Shown here: piece after piece, positions 11,742 to 22,688 of the stretch
Position numbering within the stretch: the first letter of the stretch is position 1
Layout: every line of letters starts with the position of its first letter
Origin: Selaginella moellendorffii
Lineage: Eukaryota; Plantae; Lycopodiophyta
Length of the DNA: 64,000 nucleotides
Assembly (NCBI RefSeq): GCF_000143415.4
Contig: NW_003314424.1
Coordinates: forward strand, 37,194 to 101,193
Direction of reading: 5' to 3'
Notes under the pieces: model-generated
The model's database searches: none
What the model saw: only the letters and a program-made list of their open reading frames with translations
Told to the model about the DNA's origin: nothing
Position numbers and translations under genes: made by a program

Positions 11742-14700
11742 ATGGCCTTCAGGGTTGGGGAAAAGGTTTACATTTTGAATGGTGGGAAGAGAGTTGCAAA
11801 AGGGACCTTTGTGTCTATGGATCGGAACTTTGTTATACACTGTCAAAGGCTTGGGGAAGGCAATGCTGCTGTATCAGTAGAGACTGTCTTCGATGGGAAT
11901 GTGGTCGCTATTGAACGAGGAGAGATGGTCGTCGAGGTAAATGTTGTTGTTGCCTTGAAAAATCTGCAGAAGAAAACAGATGTTGGGGACAGCGCAAGTG
12001 CGACGCATGTTCCCTCCGTGGATCTTAAGAACCGTGCTACATGGATTCAGGCAAAGGTGTTTCTAAACAACCCTGAGGGGGAGGTGGTAGCTGAGGGCTT
12101 AGCCACAGTTGTCGATCCAAGAGATGCGGTTGCTAATCAAGAATTGGGCTGGGATGATATTGGAGTTGCGATTTTAGAGGTTGTTGACACAGAAGAAAAT
12201 AGTCTGACTATTGGAAGCATTGTGCGGTGGAAATTGAGGCATTTAGTGTTTGAGAATGTGAAGGATTCACAATCAAACACCACTACAACTGATGACAGAA
12301 CATCTCTTCATGGGAAAAGAAAGTACACCTTCCTACAGCGCAGCCAAAGGGATCTGAGCAACGAACCGAAAAGGCAGAAAATGGCGATGGAGGTTCGAAT
12401 GGTCTCGACAGTTGCTTGTTGCAAGAGGAGGTGCTGTCAACATGCTGATTGGGATGCTATTGAAGAGGAGAGAGCAAGATACAAGACATTGTCCTGGAAG
12501 GCAGCTCGCAATTTTGTGTATGAGGCATTACGGTCATCTGTTGATGCTTCAGAACATCAGGTGGGGGGCATGGTCTTCCAGAGGGGTTTGGTCTGCATGA
12601 AGGCATGGAGAATCATTTATGGAGTCCCTCGAACCACATTCTACAGAATCAAAACTGAGTTCGAGGAACAAAGGGTTCAACAGGCAGTCCATGGAAACGA
12701 CGGTACGCACAAAACCAGGGGTCATGTTGTATATGGAGAGGCAATCTTCAAGAGGTTTGTCAAGACATGTAGCGAGCAGCAACCACATAAAACCCGACTC
12801 TTGGAAGATGGAACACGAGACACCCAACGAGTTCTCCCTTCCATGTATACCAAGGGGGCCATATTGGAAGATGTGAATCGGGAACTCCAAAGTAATGGCT
12901 ACAGGAAGCTGAGCCAATCTAGATTTAGTAGATTGTGGAGCAACAGGTTTAGGGATGTGAGTATAGGAAAGTACTCCAGCTTTTCAAAGTGTGACGAGTG
13001 CACTGCTATCAAAATGGCTTTGTCGAAGAATTCTTGCAGCGCTCAAGAGCGAGAGACATTGGTTAGAAGGCGGCTTGACCACAACATCGAGCAGAGAAGC
13101 TGCAGGACTGCATATTATCATAACAGGATTCTCTCCATGGAGAGACCTGACTCTTACCTCTGCATCATCCACGACAAAATGGACCAGAAAAAGACGTGCT
13201 TACCTCGACTCAATCCTGCCCCCAAGGCAATCTCTTCATCCATGCAGCTGCCTGTGTCTCTGTTTGGCATAATCGCTTATGGGCATGGTGCCCAGAACTA
13301 TGGGAACTTCTTTGTACCTCTATGGGGTGGCGGGGGTGCAAACATGATGATTGCGTCCCTAGCAAAACACTTAAGGTCTCTGCAAAGTGCGCAGACTGAG
13401 CTGAACGGCCAACCCTTGCATAAGGCCCTTGTCGATCGAACCCCATACAGGATTCAGCTGGAGGAGGAGCAAAGGCTTGCAGTATCGCGTGGGGCCCCAT
13501 GCCATCCCAGTGAATATGTTGGCCGTCAAATTGTAGGGTTATCACGTGAGGCCTCATGCCATTCCGACGAGGCTGGTCACCCGGTGAATGCACAGCCTCA
13601 TCCAAACAAAGCAGAATCTCAAGGAAGTTCTTGCGGCCGATGTAGCCTTCCACCCCATCTTCTGCTCCAAACAGACAATGCTGGCAGTGAGAACAAAAAC
13701 ATGTACGTCTTCGCGTACTTGGCGATGCTTGTTGCCAAAGGCATATTTGAAACGGTTACACTTGGCTTTCTCATGGTTGGGCACACTCATGAAGACGTCG
13801 ATGCCATGTTCAGTCACCTGGCAGAGTCCCTCCGGCGATCCAATGTCCTCACCCTCCCACAACTCTACGATGAATTCCAAAATTGCATCAAAGGCACTGT
13901 TGAAGCTGCACTTGTGACAGAGGTTCCAGACTTTAAGGGGTTTGTAAGAGGCTACATCAGGGACGGATCCGAAACGCTGATTGGCCACTCCAAGCCTCTT
14001 CAGTTTCATTTCAGCATACGTGACGGTGCTCCAATGATGAGGTACAAGATGAGAGAATGGGACACAATGTGGCTGCCAGTGGATGGCATTGAACTCTTCA
14101 AGAGAGATCCCATAACTGGGGAACCTATGATTCCTCAGGGTTCCCCACGGCCGATGCACCCGGATGGACTCAAAGACCAGGAAAGTATAGTGGCCGGGAT
14201 TAGACAGCATATTGCCTTCTGGAAGAGGGGGTTGGTGTTTGGTGGAGAATCCTATTTTAAGAGGTGCAAGCCTTTGCTCGAATACTGGGAGAAGATTATA
14301 TCTGCTATCCAAAATGGGCCGGTTGTATATGAAGAATTGGAAGAGTCCTTTTGGCCAGAACCCAGAGCACCAGATAGTAGCGGAACAATGTCCTCTGGAA
14401 ATGCAGTGATAGATAACGATGTTGAGGATCACTATTGTGGGCCGAGGAACAAGAAGCCGGATTCAGCATTCAATCCAGTACAGGTCTGCAAAGGAATGGT
14501 CGTGCTTGTCAGACCCAGTAATAAAAAACAAATGATATGGGTGGGGCGCTGCATCACTGATGCAGAGGAGGACGCGGAAACTAACTCCTTCAATGTAACT
14601 GTGGAGTGGTTCAAGCCAAGTTCCGGATATACGAAGGATTGCCTAGAAAAGAGATGGGTGCTGAATCCAAGGGATCCCAGCATGAGCATATCGGTGGATA

Positions 14701-14810
14701 ATGTTGTGCATGGTTGGATGCGGAAGCAGAGTGCCACCATCACCTTGCCAGACCATGCAAGAGATGCAGCAAGAGCATTCATAACCCGGGTTCAAGGTGA
14801 GATTCATTAA
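11742..14810 (+). CDS. Sola-like / DUF7869-type DDD transposase, 1022 aa, intact
   Basis: Core motifs IIHDKMDQKK, LLLQTDNAGSENKN and FLMVGHTHEDVDAMFS; Cys clusters CCKRRCC, VCMKAW and FSKCDEC. Two N-terminal VAxG...LG..V repeats resemble the Tnp1/En/Spm-type SH3-like domain; the C-terminal VVLVRP...IWVG...VEWF segment is BAH/Tudor-like. Confidence 0.85.
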   Translation: MAFRVGEKVYILNGGKRVAKGTFVSMDRNFVIHCQRLGEGNAAVSVETVFDGNVVAIERGEMVVEVNVVVALKNLQKKTDVGDSASATHVPSVDLKNRATWIQAKVFLNNPEGEVVAEGLATVVDPRDAVANQELGWDDIGVAILEVVDTEENSLTIGSIVRWKLRHLVFENVKDSQSNTTTTDDRTSLHGKRKYTFLQRSQRDLSNEPKRQKMAMEVRMVSTVACCKRRCCQHADWDAIEEERARYKTLSWKAARNFVYEALRSSVDASEHQVGGMVFQRGLVCMKAWRIIYGVPRTTFYRIKTEFEEQRVQQAVHGNDGTHKTRGHVVYGEAIFKRFVKTCSEQQPHKTRLLEDGTRDTQRVLPSMYTKGAILEDVNRELQSNGYRKLSQSRFSRLWSNRFRDVSIGKYSSFSKCDECTAIKMALSKNSCSAQERETLVRRRLDHNIEQRSCRTAYYHNRILSMERPDSYLCIIHDKMDQKKTCLPRLNPAPKAISSSMQLPVSLFGIIAYGHGAQNYGNFFVPLWGGGGANMMIASLAKHLRSLQSAQTELNGQPLHKALVDRTPYRIQLEEEQRLAVSRGAPCHPSEYVGRQIVGLSREASCHSDEAGHPVNAQPHPNKAESQGSSCGRCSLPPHLLLQTDNAGSENKNMYVFAYLAMLVAKGIFETVTLGFLMVGHTHEDVDAMFSHLAESLRRSNVLTLPQLYDEFQNCIKGTVEAALVTEVPDFKGFVRGYIRDGSETLIGHSKPLQFHFSIRDGAPMMRYKMREWDTMWLPVDGIELFKRDPITGEPMIPQGSPRPMHPDGLKDQESIVAGIRQHIAFWKRGLVFGGESYFKRCKPLLEYWEKIISAIQNGPVVYEELEESFWPEPRAPDSSGTMSSGNAVIDNDVEDHYCGPRNKKPDSAFNPVQVCKGMVVLVRPSNKKQMIWVGRCITDAEEDAETNSFNVTVEWFKPSSGYTKDCLEKRWVLNPRDPSMSISVDNVVHGWMRKQSATITLPDHARDAARAFITRVQGEIH

Positions 14811-15486
14811 TATTCCTTTACTAAGTTTCTAATGTATTTTATTTCAAGGTGAACAATCCGAATCTGAATCAGAGGAGGCGTGATGGCATGTGGCCCTTTG
14901 CACTAGTACATCTTAATACCGGTCTGAGAAATAGAATGGCATGTGCCCTCAGGCCTTTTACTAAATCACCTTTGAAAGAAATGCAAGCCTCTATGTCGTA
15001 AAAAAAAGGTACTAGAGAAATTCCTTAATAATATGAATGTTATTTAGTTTCATGAAAATACACTAAGGGTCAAATGAGTTAAATGACTTCTCCAGACTAG
15101 CAATGCCTCTTGCTACACCTTCACAATTAGATTCGTTAGAAAAAGATAACATTGAATAATATCTAAATGTTCTCACCATTAAGTTATATGTCTGGCTAAT
15201 AGGAATGACGTTCATCTTGGAAAGCTTACCACACGCTCAATGAACAAACAAATAGTGTGTGCGCGCATGCCATTGCTCTTCTTTAGCTTCAGATTCGGCT
15301 TGTTCACCTTGACAATGAGATTTATTATACAACCAGATGGACTCAGTCTGGACACAAAGTCACCGCGCTAGTCACCATGCCCCAGATATGTCTAGCCCCT
15401 GGACAAAAAACATATAATTTCACGTCATTTTCAAATACTTGAAAATTTGTACCTAGTCCCATTTTACTGAATAAATCCCACTTTAA

Positions 15487-18220
15487 CGAAATAGAGCTTA
15501 TACCAAGAAAATTGCGCAACTCGGCCATTGTAGTCGGTGTAGGCCAGTTTTCCACCACATCCACCTTCCTTGGATCTGTCTTGACACCCTGAGATGTCAC
15601 AATATGGCCTAGATATTCCACCTCCGACTTTGCAAATTCACATTTGCTCTTCTTTGCATAAAGTTTGCTGTCTCAAAGTAACAAAAGAACCTTGCACAAA
15701 TGCACCTTATGCTCCTCCATATTCTTGCTAAAAACAAGACGTCCAAGAAAATCTCCACAAACTCATGAAGATAACGCCCAAATACCTCCGTCATCAACCG
15801 AGTAAATGTGGCCGGTGCATTTGTCAAACCAAACGGCATAATTGCAAACTCAAAATGTCCGAAGCTTGTGTTGAATGCCATCTTGGAGATAGATGCATCA
15901 TCCATTGCAATCTGATGATATCCCCTCCTCAGATCAATCTTGGTAAACACTCATGCTTCACCAAGCTTGTCTAGGATATCATCCACATGTGGCATCGGCA
16001 TCTTATCCTTCATTGTCTTCTTGTTCAAAGCGCGGTAGTCAATACACATTCGCATTGAACCGTCCTTCTTCTTCACAAGCAAGACCGGAGCACCAAATGG
16101 AGACTTACTTGGCTGAATGAATCCAAACTCAAGTAACTCCTTGACTTGTCGTTGAACTTCTTGCTCCTCCGCATAACTTAACCGAAATGGATGCTAGTAA
16201 ATTGGCCGTGTCCCCGGCTCCAATGTAATCCCATGCTCCACACCTCGTAATGGAGGCAATCCATAAGAAAGTTCAGATAGAAAAACATCAGAAAACTTGT
16301 CAAGTACATCCTGTACTGTTGCTTCTCCCCCACACGTGCTTTGGTCCCCCAAGTCACGAACAAACAGCAAGTAACTCGAAAGTGCTTTTCCATTATGACA
16401 AGCCTGCTTCAAAGATGTAACAGAGAGCATAACAATTGGTGGTTGAATGCCCTTGCCAAACCACACATCTTTAATGCCACCATACTCCAGCGAGATACGC
16501 TTAATACTCCACTTTATCTCTGGATCCACCTTCACCAACCATGGCATCCCAAGGATGAGATCCACACGATGGATATCCACGAGATAAAAAGTTTCCAGAA
16601 GTGTGGTTTTGCCAACCAACACTTCCAGCCCCTTGACACAAGCATCGAAATGCTGAGCAGAGGTAGCTGCACCTTCCACTGTGTATGGAAGAACTCTGCG
16701 TGTGACCAAGCCATGCTCCGCAACAAACTTTGCCGAAACAAAGTTGTCATCGCTCCCACTATCCAGTAAAATCCGCACTGGATTGCCACGGAACATGCCC
16801 TCCAGCATTAAAGCTGATTCACGCATATCCTCAAGTTCCATCTTGTTCCACACACAGTTGAGCTGACGAGCAACGATCGAAAGTCGCTTCCTCCAACCGG
16901 AATGGTCGTTCTCCTCATCCTCATGCTGCAAAGTTTGTAACTTTTTAGCATCTGACTCACCGTGAGAAGAAGATTGGCCATTCTTCTTGTCCTGCTGCTT
17001 GTTCTTCAACTGCGGACAATCAGCCTTGTAGTGTCCAAGTTCGCCGCAATTATGACAACCCTGTCGATAATTCTTCACAAAGAACTTCTGCTTCTTGGAC
17101 CCCTTTGCATCTGAAGTAGTCACTACCGACTTTAACTTGTGATGCTTGTTCCCATCCTTGTGTCCATGGCGATCATCACGATGATTCTCGACAGAAGGAC
17201 TCCGTGAACGCTTGCGAGACTTGTGCTTGTCATTGTCAAGTCGACGAGCTGCATCAAAGAGCTCCTCCAAACTCTTTGTAGGCTGAGAATGACGCAAGTG
17301 TTGCCGCATGCTCTCACTATGTAGGCCATCAATGAAGTAGGACTTGTTCTGATCCGGATCCTTCATTGGAACACGACTAATCAAGCAAGTAAGCTTCTCA
17401 ATATAGTCCCCAAGCGTCATTTTCCCTTGCTGGAAATGTCAAAGTTCTGTACAAGCATTCTCCACATTGTAATGAGGGGCAAAACGTAAACGAAAAGCAG
17501 CCTCAAACTCATCCATGGTAGACACTGGTGGTTTCTTATCCGCAACATGGGACTCCTCAAGCCAATTCCACCATCGAAGACCCGCATCACGCAAAACCAT
17601 CGGAATAGCCACTAAAGACTCTGCATCTAGAGTTCCCCTAGCAGCTAAGAACTTCTTCACATTGGCTAGCCAAGCGAGATACTCATCCACACCACCATCA
17701 CCGGAAAATGTTGGAATCTTGAGTCGATCTACCAAAGAAGGCTTACTTGGAGCGCTACCCCGTCCAGCCTCGAGTGCCTCAACACGCCCACGCATGGTAT
17801 CCATCATGCCATGCATCTCGTCTTGCATCTCTTGCTGATTTCGGTTAAGGGCTTGCAGTTCATGAACCACATCTTGAATGGTCCAAATCTCCGCAGCTTC
17901 GTCGGCACCATCATTGGCACCACCATCAATATTAGGATTCCAGCATTCAGCTTGGTCGGCCATCACAACCAACTCGTATGATACCAATGTTATGATCCGG
18001 CGCAAAAAGACAGATATCTAGTTGCCCTAAACTATGCTACGCCACCTCTTGAGGTTCCTCACCACCCAACCACCCCCGAGCTACCTCAAAAGCTCCACTG
18101 CGCTGCCACTCCATTGTGAGCTCTAGGGTAGGTTAAGTCCCTTACCCTAACATGCCTTAATATACCCTTGAGCCTCCCTTTGACTAACATTGACCATGTA
18201 GTCAAAGCTGGCGCCTAACA
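15487..18220 (-). mobile_element. Truncated Ty3/Gypsy retrotransposon (5' LTR, gag, protease, RT; 3' half missing)
   Basis: LTR 17988-18220 (233 bp, TG...CA) with PBS TGGTATCA adjacent. Gag 17439-18005 continues in frame past a stop into 16194-17420 (CHNCGELGHYKADC knuckle, LLDSGS protease). Frameshifted RT (FTKIDLRRGYHQI, MPFGLTNAPATF, YLGHIV) to ~15487. Confidence 0.92.
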
Positions 18221-21200
18221 GCTTGTCCTTGAAGAGTAGCAAGTCGGGAAGACATGACTCTCCACTATAGTTCATGTGTGAACTTGTAGACAAGGTGGTG
18301 GATAGAAAAGGGCCTATGATGGAACGACTTTGGGATCTTGGGAACAGTGTAAGGCTTTCCTTATTGAGTGAGGATGTGATCCAGATGAGCGTTTGATGCA
18401 GCAAACGGGCTAACATAGTTGTGGTAAACAACTATAGTTAGGATCACGGGAAAGATGCAGACTCCAAAACAATAAAGGAGTCACAAGATTATCCTCATAT
18501 AGTTGAGGTTAGTGCTCATGAATGTGAGACTAGAAGTAATGACCGCAGGAGGTCAAATACGAAAAAGGACACAAGTCCTTGAAATGGTAGCCAGAGCTAC
18601 CTCTAATAAATGCTAGAACAACCCAAGGAGTTGGGGGTGTACTCAGAGGATGAGTTGGTATTCTCATCACATGGACAAGTGGTCCTAAGGGGCAAAAGGT
18701 TGCCCCAAGAAAATTATCAAGTGTCGGAGTAACACTTGCAAAGATGGTCTTTGTGATTAGGACCTGAATACAAGAAGTTGTATTCCAGTGAGCTAGCACC
18801 TCAAAGGTAGGACCTCACGGGTCATCGGATGATAAAGTCCAAAAAGGCGGGATAACACAAATAAGAGTCAAGGAATAATCTTAAGGGATTGGTTGAAGCA
18901 TTTGGACTGAGCTGTACGGTGCCTTATGAGGTATGGGGAGGATCATAAGATCCAAGTATGAGAACAGTAGGTATCTCATTGATGGCTGAATGTGCCATAC
19001 TAAAGTTGTGGGAAAGATGTTCCCAGAAGAAAGCAACTTTGGCCCAGAGTTCGGTGCAAACACTATGGTGCGGTGCTAACGGATAGTTAGCATGAGGAAC
19101 AGCCATATTGGTCTTGGCAAAGACCTAGACACTAATAAGTAGTGTCATAAGGATAGGCTCGTGGGGCCAATGGTGCGAAGACACCAAATATGCCAAGGTG
19201 TGATACTTTGAGGTTATGTTGGTGGGTTCATAAGAACCCCTTGCCAAAGGGAATCCCAACGGAAATGGGAATGGCATAGCCTAAGCTGGAAGGCATGTGG
19301 TAGAGTGTGGTGACCAAAACAATGATGGAGGTGTGGAAGCACCAGCAATGAGTTATAGGACTTAACAACTATAAGGCAACTAAGCAAAAGGTGCAAGATG
19401 ATTTGTTAAACTGGTAGAAGGTAGCTACCCAAGACTTCTTAATGGCATAAAGAAGTTAGATATACCCTTATAGGGGATAAATTGCTTATCTTGCGATATA
19501 GTAAGTCAATGTTAAAAAGGGGAATGCTCATTGTCAAAGAGGCCATCATTGGGACACCCAAACACTCTAGAACACTCGGAGGTGGTGTTTAATGTCACGA
19601 GGGCAATAGATAAAGCCCAAGGGACTAAGTCCCTAGCGAATGATGGATAGAAGGTGCTATCCAAATGTCCAAGGTTGCAAAGACGGAAGAAGTCCGTCTA
19701 TTCGAATCGGATAAAGCCAAAAATGGAATTTTGGCAAGGCTAGTGATGGGTATATAAAGGCCCATATGTAGCAACGTTAATCCTGGTGTGTGGGATTATA
19801 AGGTGAGCATACCCAGATTGAGGAACCACTCCCTAGGCTGTCAGGTAAGTTCATCCCCAAGAATACTTGCTAAGGCATGGTAGAAAGTGCAAAGTTATCC
19901 TCCTAGTTTGGAGACGAATAACCGAAGGAAATGTGTGAGGCCAAAAGCAAGTAGTAAGGGGATAGAACCAAACCATAAGAATCAAAGAGCATAACCAAGG
20001 GTGGTTATGTCAGTTGGGAGTGGAGAATCAAGTAGGCACTCGAGTATGTTGTTACTAGCAACTGTGGTGCCATAAAGAGTCTAAAGCATGGAATTGTCGA
20101 TGCTAGACCATTTGGCAATTGGAAAGCTTGCGAAAGGAGAGGCCTTAGCAAGCTAAGGGGCAGAGTTCCTTCAAGTTCCCAAAGACAATTCTAGGTAGCT
20201 TAGTACCTAGAAAGGCCAAATGTAAATGGTTCCTAGAATGCGCAAAATCGGAGTGGTGCAGTAGAAGCGTGGTCTTGAAGTTGGCCATGAGGTGAGGTTA
20301 TCAAGGTTGGGGAAATAGTTCCCGAGTGTTCAAAAAGAGGGCTTTGAAGGAAAGTCGATGGTTAAGGATTTTCACGCTTATGCATGAATCATGTTACGGT
20401 GGCCGGATGACTTGCTAAGTGAGATTAGCAAGTCAGGGGGATAAATCCCCTAGTTGAAAGTGCTAACTTCAAAAGGGGTGGCCCATGGGGCCAAGCATGG
20501 AGGAGTCCATGCATGATCACAGGCTTGTCAAGTGAGAGGACTTGGCAGTGTGGGGGAACTAGGTTCCTAAGTTGTGATCTATAGCGTGTTTTAAGTATAA
20601 GTTGGTGCACCGGCGTGGGGAGTCACGCCAGGCATCTAGGGTGATGCCGTCTGTAAATGCATATACGGAGGTTAGGTTCGAGTCCCAACCCTCTAGTGCT
20701 TGGGTTCGAGTCCCAAATCACTAGGGCGTGGTGATGGTTTGGAATATGAGGACACTCATATTTCGGTGGTCATGGACTCTCAGTGAGGAGACTGGTTTAG
20801 GCACACTGCCAAGCGAGGGATGCCTCGGAGTCGTGATGCACAAAGCTCAGCATATCTAACTTGAACACTTTGGTGCAAAGGGCACCAAGGACATAGTGAA
20901 TGAGATGGGGACACCAAGTCTCAGTTGCTATGGATCCCTGGCCAGAAGGGCTAGCTTGGGCGCACTGCCAAGTGTGGGGGATGCCCCCAGGGTCATAGTT
21001 AACAACTTAGAAGGGTCTGGAAGACCTAGTTCCTATTGGTAGACCTATTAAGGGGTCAAGATGAGATCACTAGGTGATCTTGTGGTTAAACAAGGACAAG
21101 GTCTTTGTTTCGGTTAAGGAATATGATTCTTAGTTCAAAGTGTTGATTTAAACTATTGATAATGGTGTGGCTTGGTCAAGGGGACCAAGTGGGAAGAACA

Positions 21201-22648
21201 TCTAAGGGAAATGAGCTATGTCAATACTATGGCATAGCAAGTCTGAGGAAAGTAGTCTTTATAAGAGATCCAAGGGAGGGACTCAAAAGTTGGGCCGTGG
21301 ATAGAGCCCACAGTAGAAAATGTTAAAGAGACGTACTAGGGGTGAACACCCTCTGGACCTAGCAAAGCAAAGTGTTTGCTTGGAACTGAAAGGAAACCTT
21401 GAAAATGGAGGTAGCGATCCTATGTTGCTGGGTGCAACAATCAAGGATAGATGCAAAAGACTAGTGGTTAAGAAAAGAGCCATGGGAATCATGAGAAAAA
21501 ATCCAAATGGCAAAGTTAGGCCGAGAACACTAATGTGTTGGGTGCTAACGGATTGTGGGAAAGGCAATGTTTCCCCAAGGGTGGATTCCCAACCGCTCCG
21601 ATTTGGTGAAAGTGGATGCTCCAAAGGGGGGAGCGGTAAGGTAACCAAATAATAGGGCCGTGGGCAACCCTAGCACCAATTATGATAACTGGAACTTAGT
21701 GCCAAAGGTGGCACGATATCGAAAAGAGGATGATGGTACCCTCAAGTAAAGAACTTCCTAAGATAGGGAAGTGGAGTTGCACCATGTGCAACGTAAGGTG
21801 TCGGAGACACTTAAGAAATTGACTCTGAGAAGTCAAAAATTAAAAGTTCCAAAGTGCAAAGGTTAGGTCAATGGAATCTGAGACTACTCGAGAATGAGTA
21901 GTGGAATTGAGTTAAAGAGGGTGTCTTTAACGGGTTTTGCAAGAACTGAACCAATGAAAGGGAGCAAACCACCCCAGGTGGTCGAGTGAGTCTCTAGGTT
22001 GGAGAGACTATGTTCCTTAGAGGATGGACAAGGCATGGTGAGCCTTCGGGGTCAAACCATAGACAAATATTGGCTGGGTGCCAAGGATGGAAATGGTAAT
22101 AGCTGTTACTTTATAAAAGGGTTTACCGTTCGATGAGGACATCGAACTTCATCTATGGGTGGTGGAGTTGTGAGACACAAATCCCTAAGCCCCAAAGTGG
22201 AGCTGAAAGGGTGCCACGTGGTAATGGCCAAAGCAAAAGCCAAACGAGCGTAACACGTTTGGACTAAAAGGCTTTGACTTGAAAGGTTGAAAGCGGGAGT
22301 GGAACTCCCAAAAGAGTGCTCAAGGAACGAGCATGAAGCGAGCAATAAGCAAGGCTCCAAAAAAGGGACCCAAAAGGACCAACGCATGACATGTGGAAGT
22401 GTCCAAGATGGAGTCCGAGATGGACCGAGATGGAGTTTGAGATGGACTGAGATGGAGTCCGAGATGGACCGAGATGGAGTCCGAGACGGAGTCCAAGATG
22501 GACCCGAGATGGAGTCTGAGATGGAGTCCGAGATGGACCCGAGTTAGAGTCCGAGGTGGAGTCTGAGATGGAGTCCGAGATGGACCCAAGATGGAATCTG
22601 AGATGGAATCCGAGAAGGACCCAAGATGGAGTCCAAGGTCGAGACCGG

Positions 22649-22688
<40 letters not shown>

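Larger units (their letters stand above)
1029..14957. repeat. Dispersed 22-bp palindrome ATGGCRTGWGGCCWCAYGCCAT (about 18 copies)
   Basis: Copies start at 1029, 1104 (perfect), 2321, 2512, 2653, 4152, 9081, 9158, 9929, 10792, 10864, 11479, 11577, 11647, 13484, 13541, 14883, 14936. Half copy at 1-7; degenerate copy near 9850. Confidence 0.95.
1..14960. mobile_element. Putative large Sola-like DNA transposon with divergent transposase and accessory genes (termini not identified; interrupted by LTR element at 4588-9060)
   Basis: Transposase ORF at 11742-14810 plus divergent multi-exon gene at 17-4587. Both genes, their UTRs and the intergenic region share a 22-bp palindrome that is absent from the inserted LTR element. 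The left end lies outside the window; no TIR was found at the right end. Confidence 0.7.

Noticed and set aside
13482-13536. GT...AG candidate intron around the palindrome in the transposase
   Set aside because: It is 55 nt, so removal would frameshift an otherwise open 1022-aa frame.
1029-14957. Palindromic repeats as a CRISPR array
   Set aside because: Spacing is irregular (50 bp to kilobases), the context is eukaryotic and there are no cas genes.
14960-15486. Right terminus (TIR/TSD) of the DNA transposon
   Set aside because: The left end is outside the window, so no inverted partner can be verified.
20671-20716. tRNA genes
   Set aside because: T-arms only; no D arm, anticodon arm or acceptor stem in tRNA spacing.
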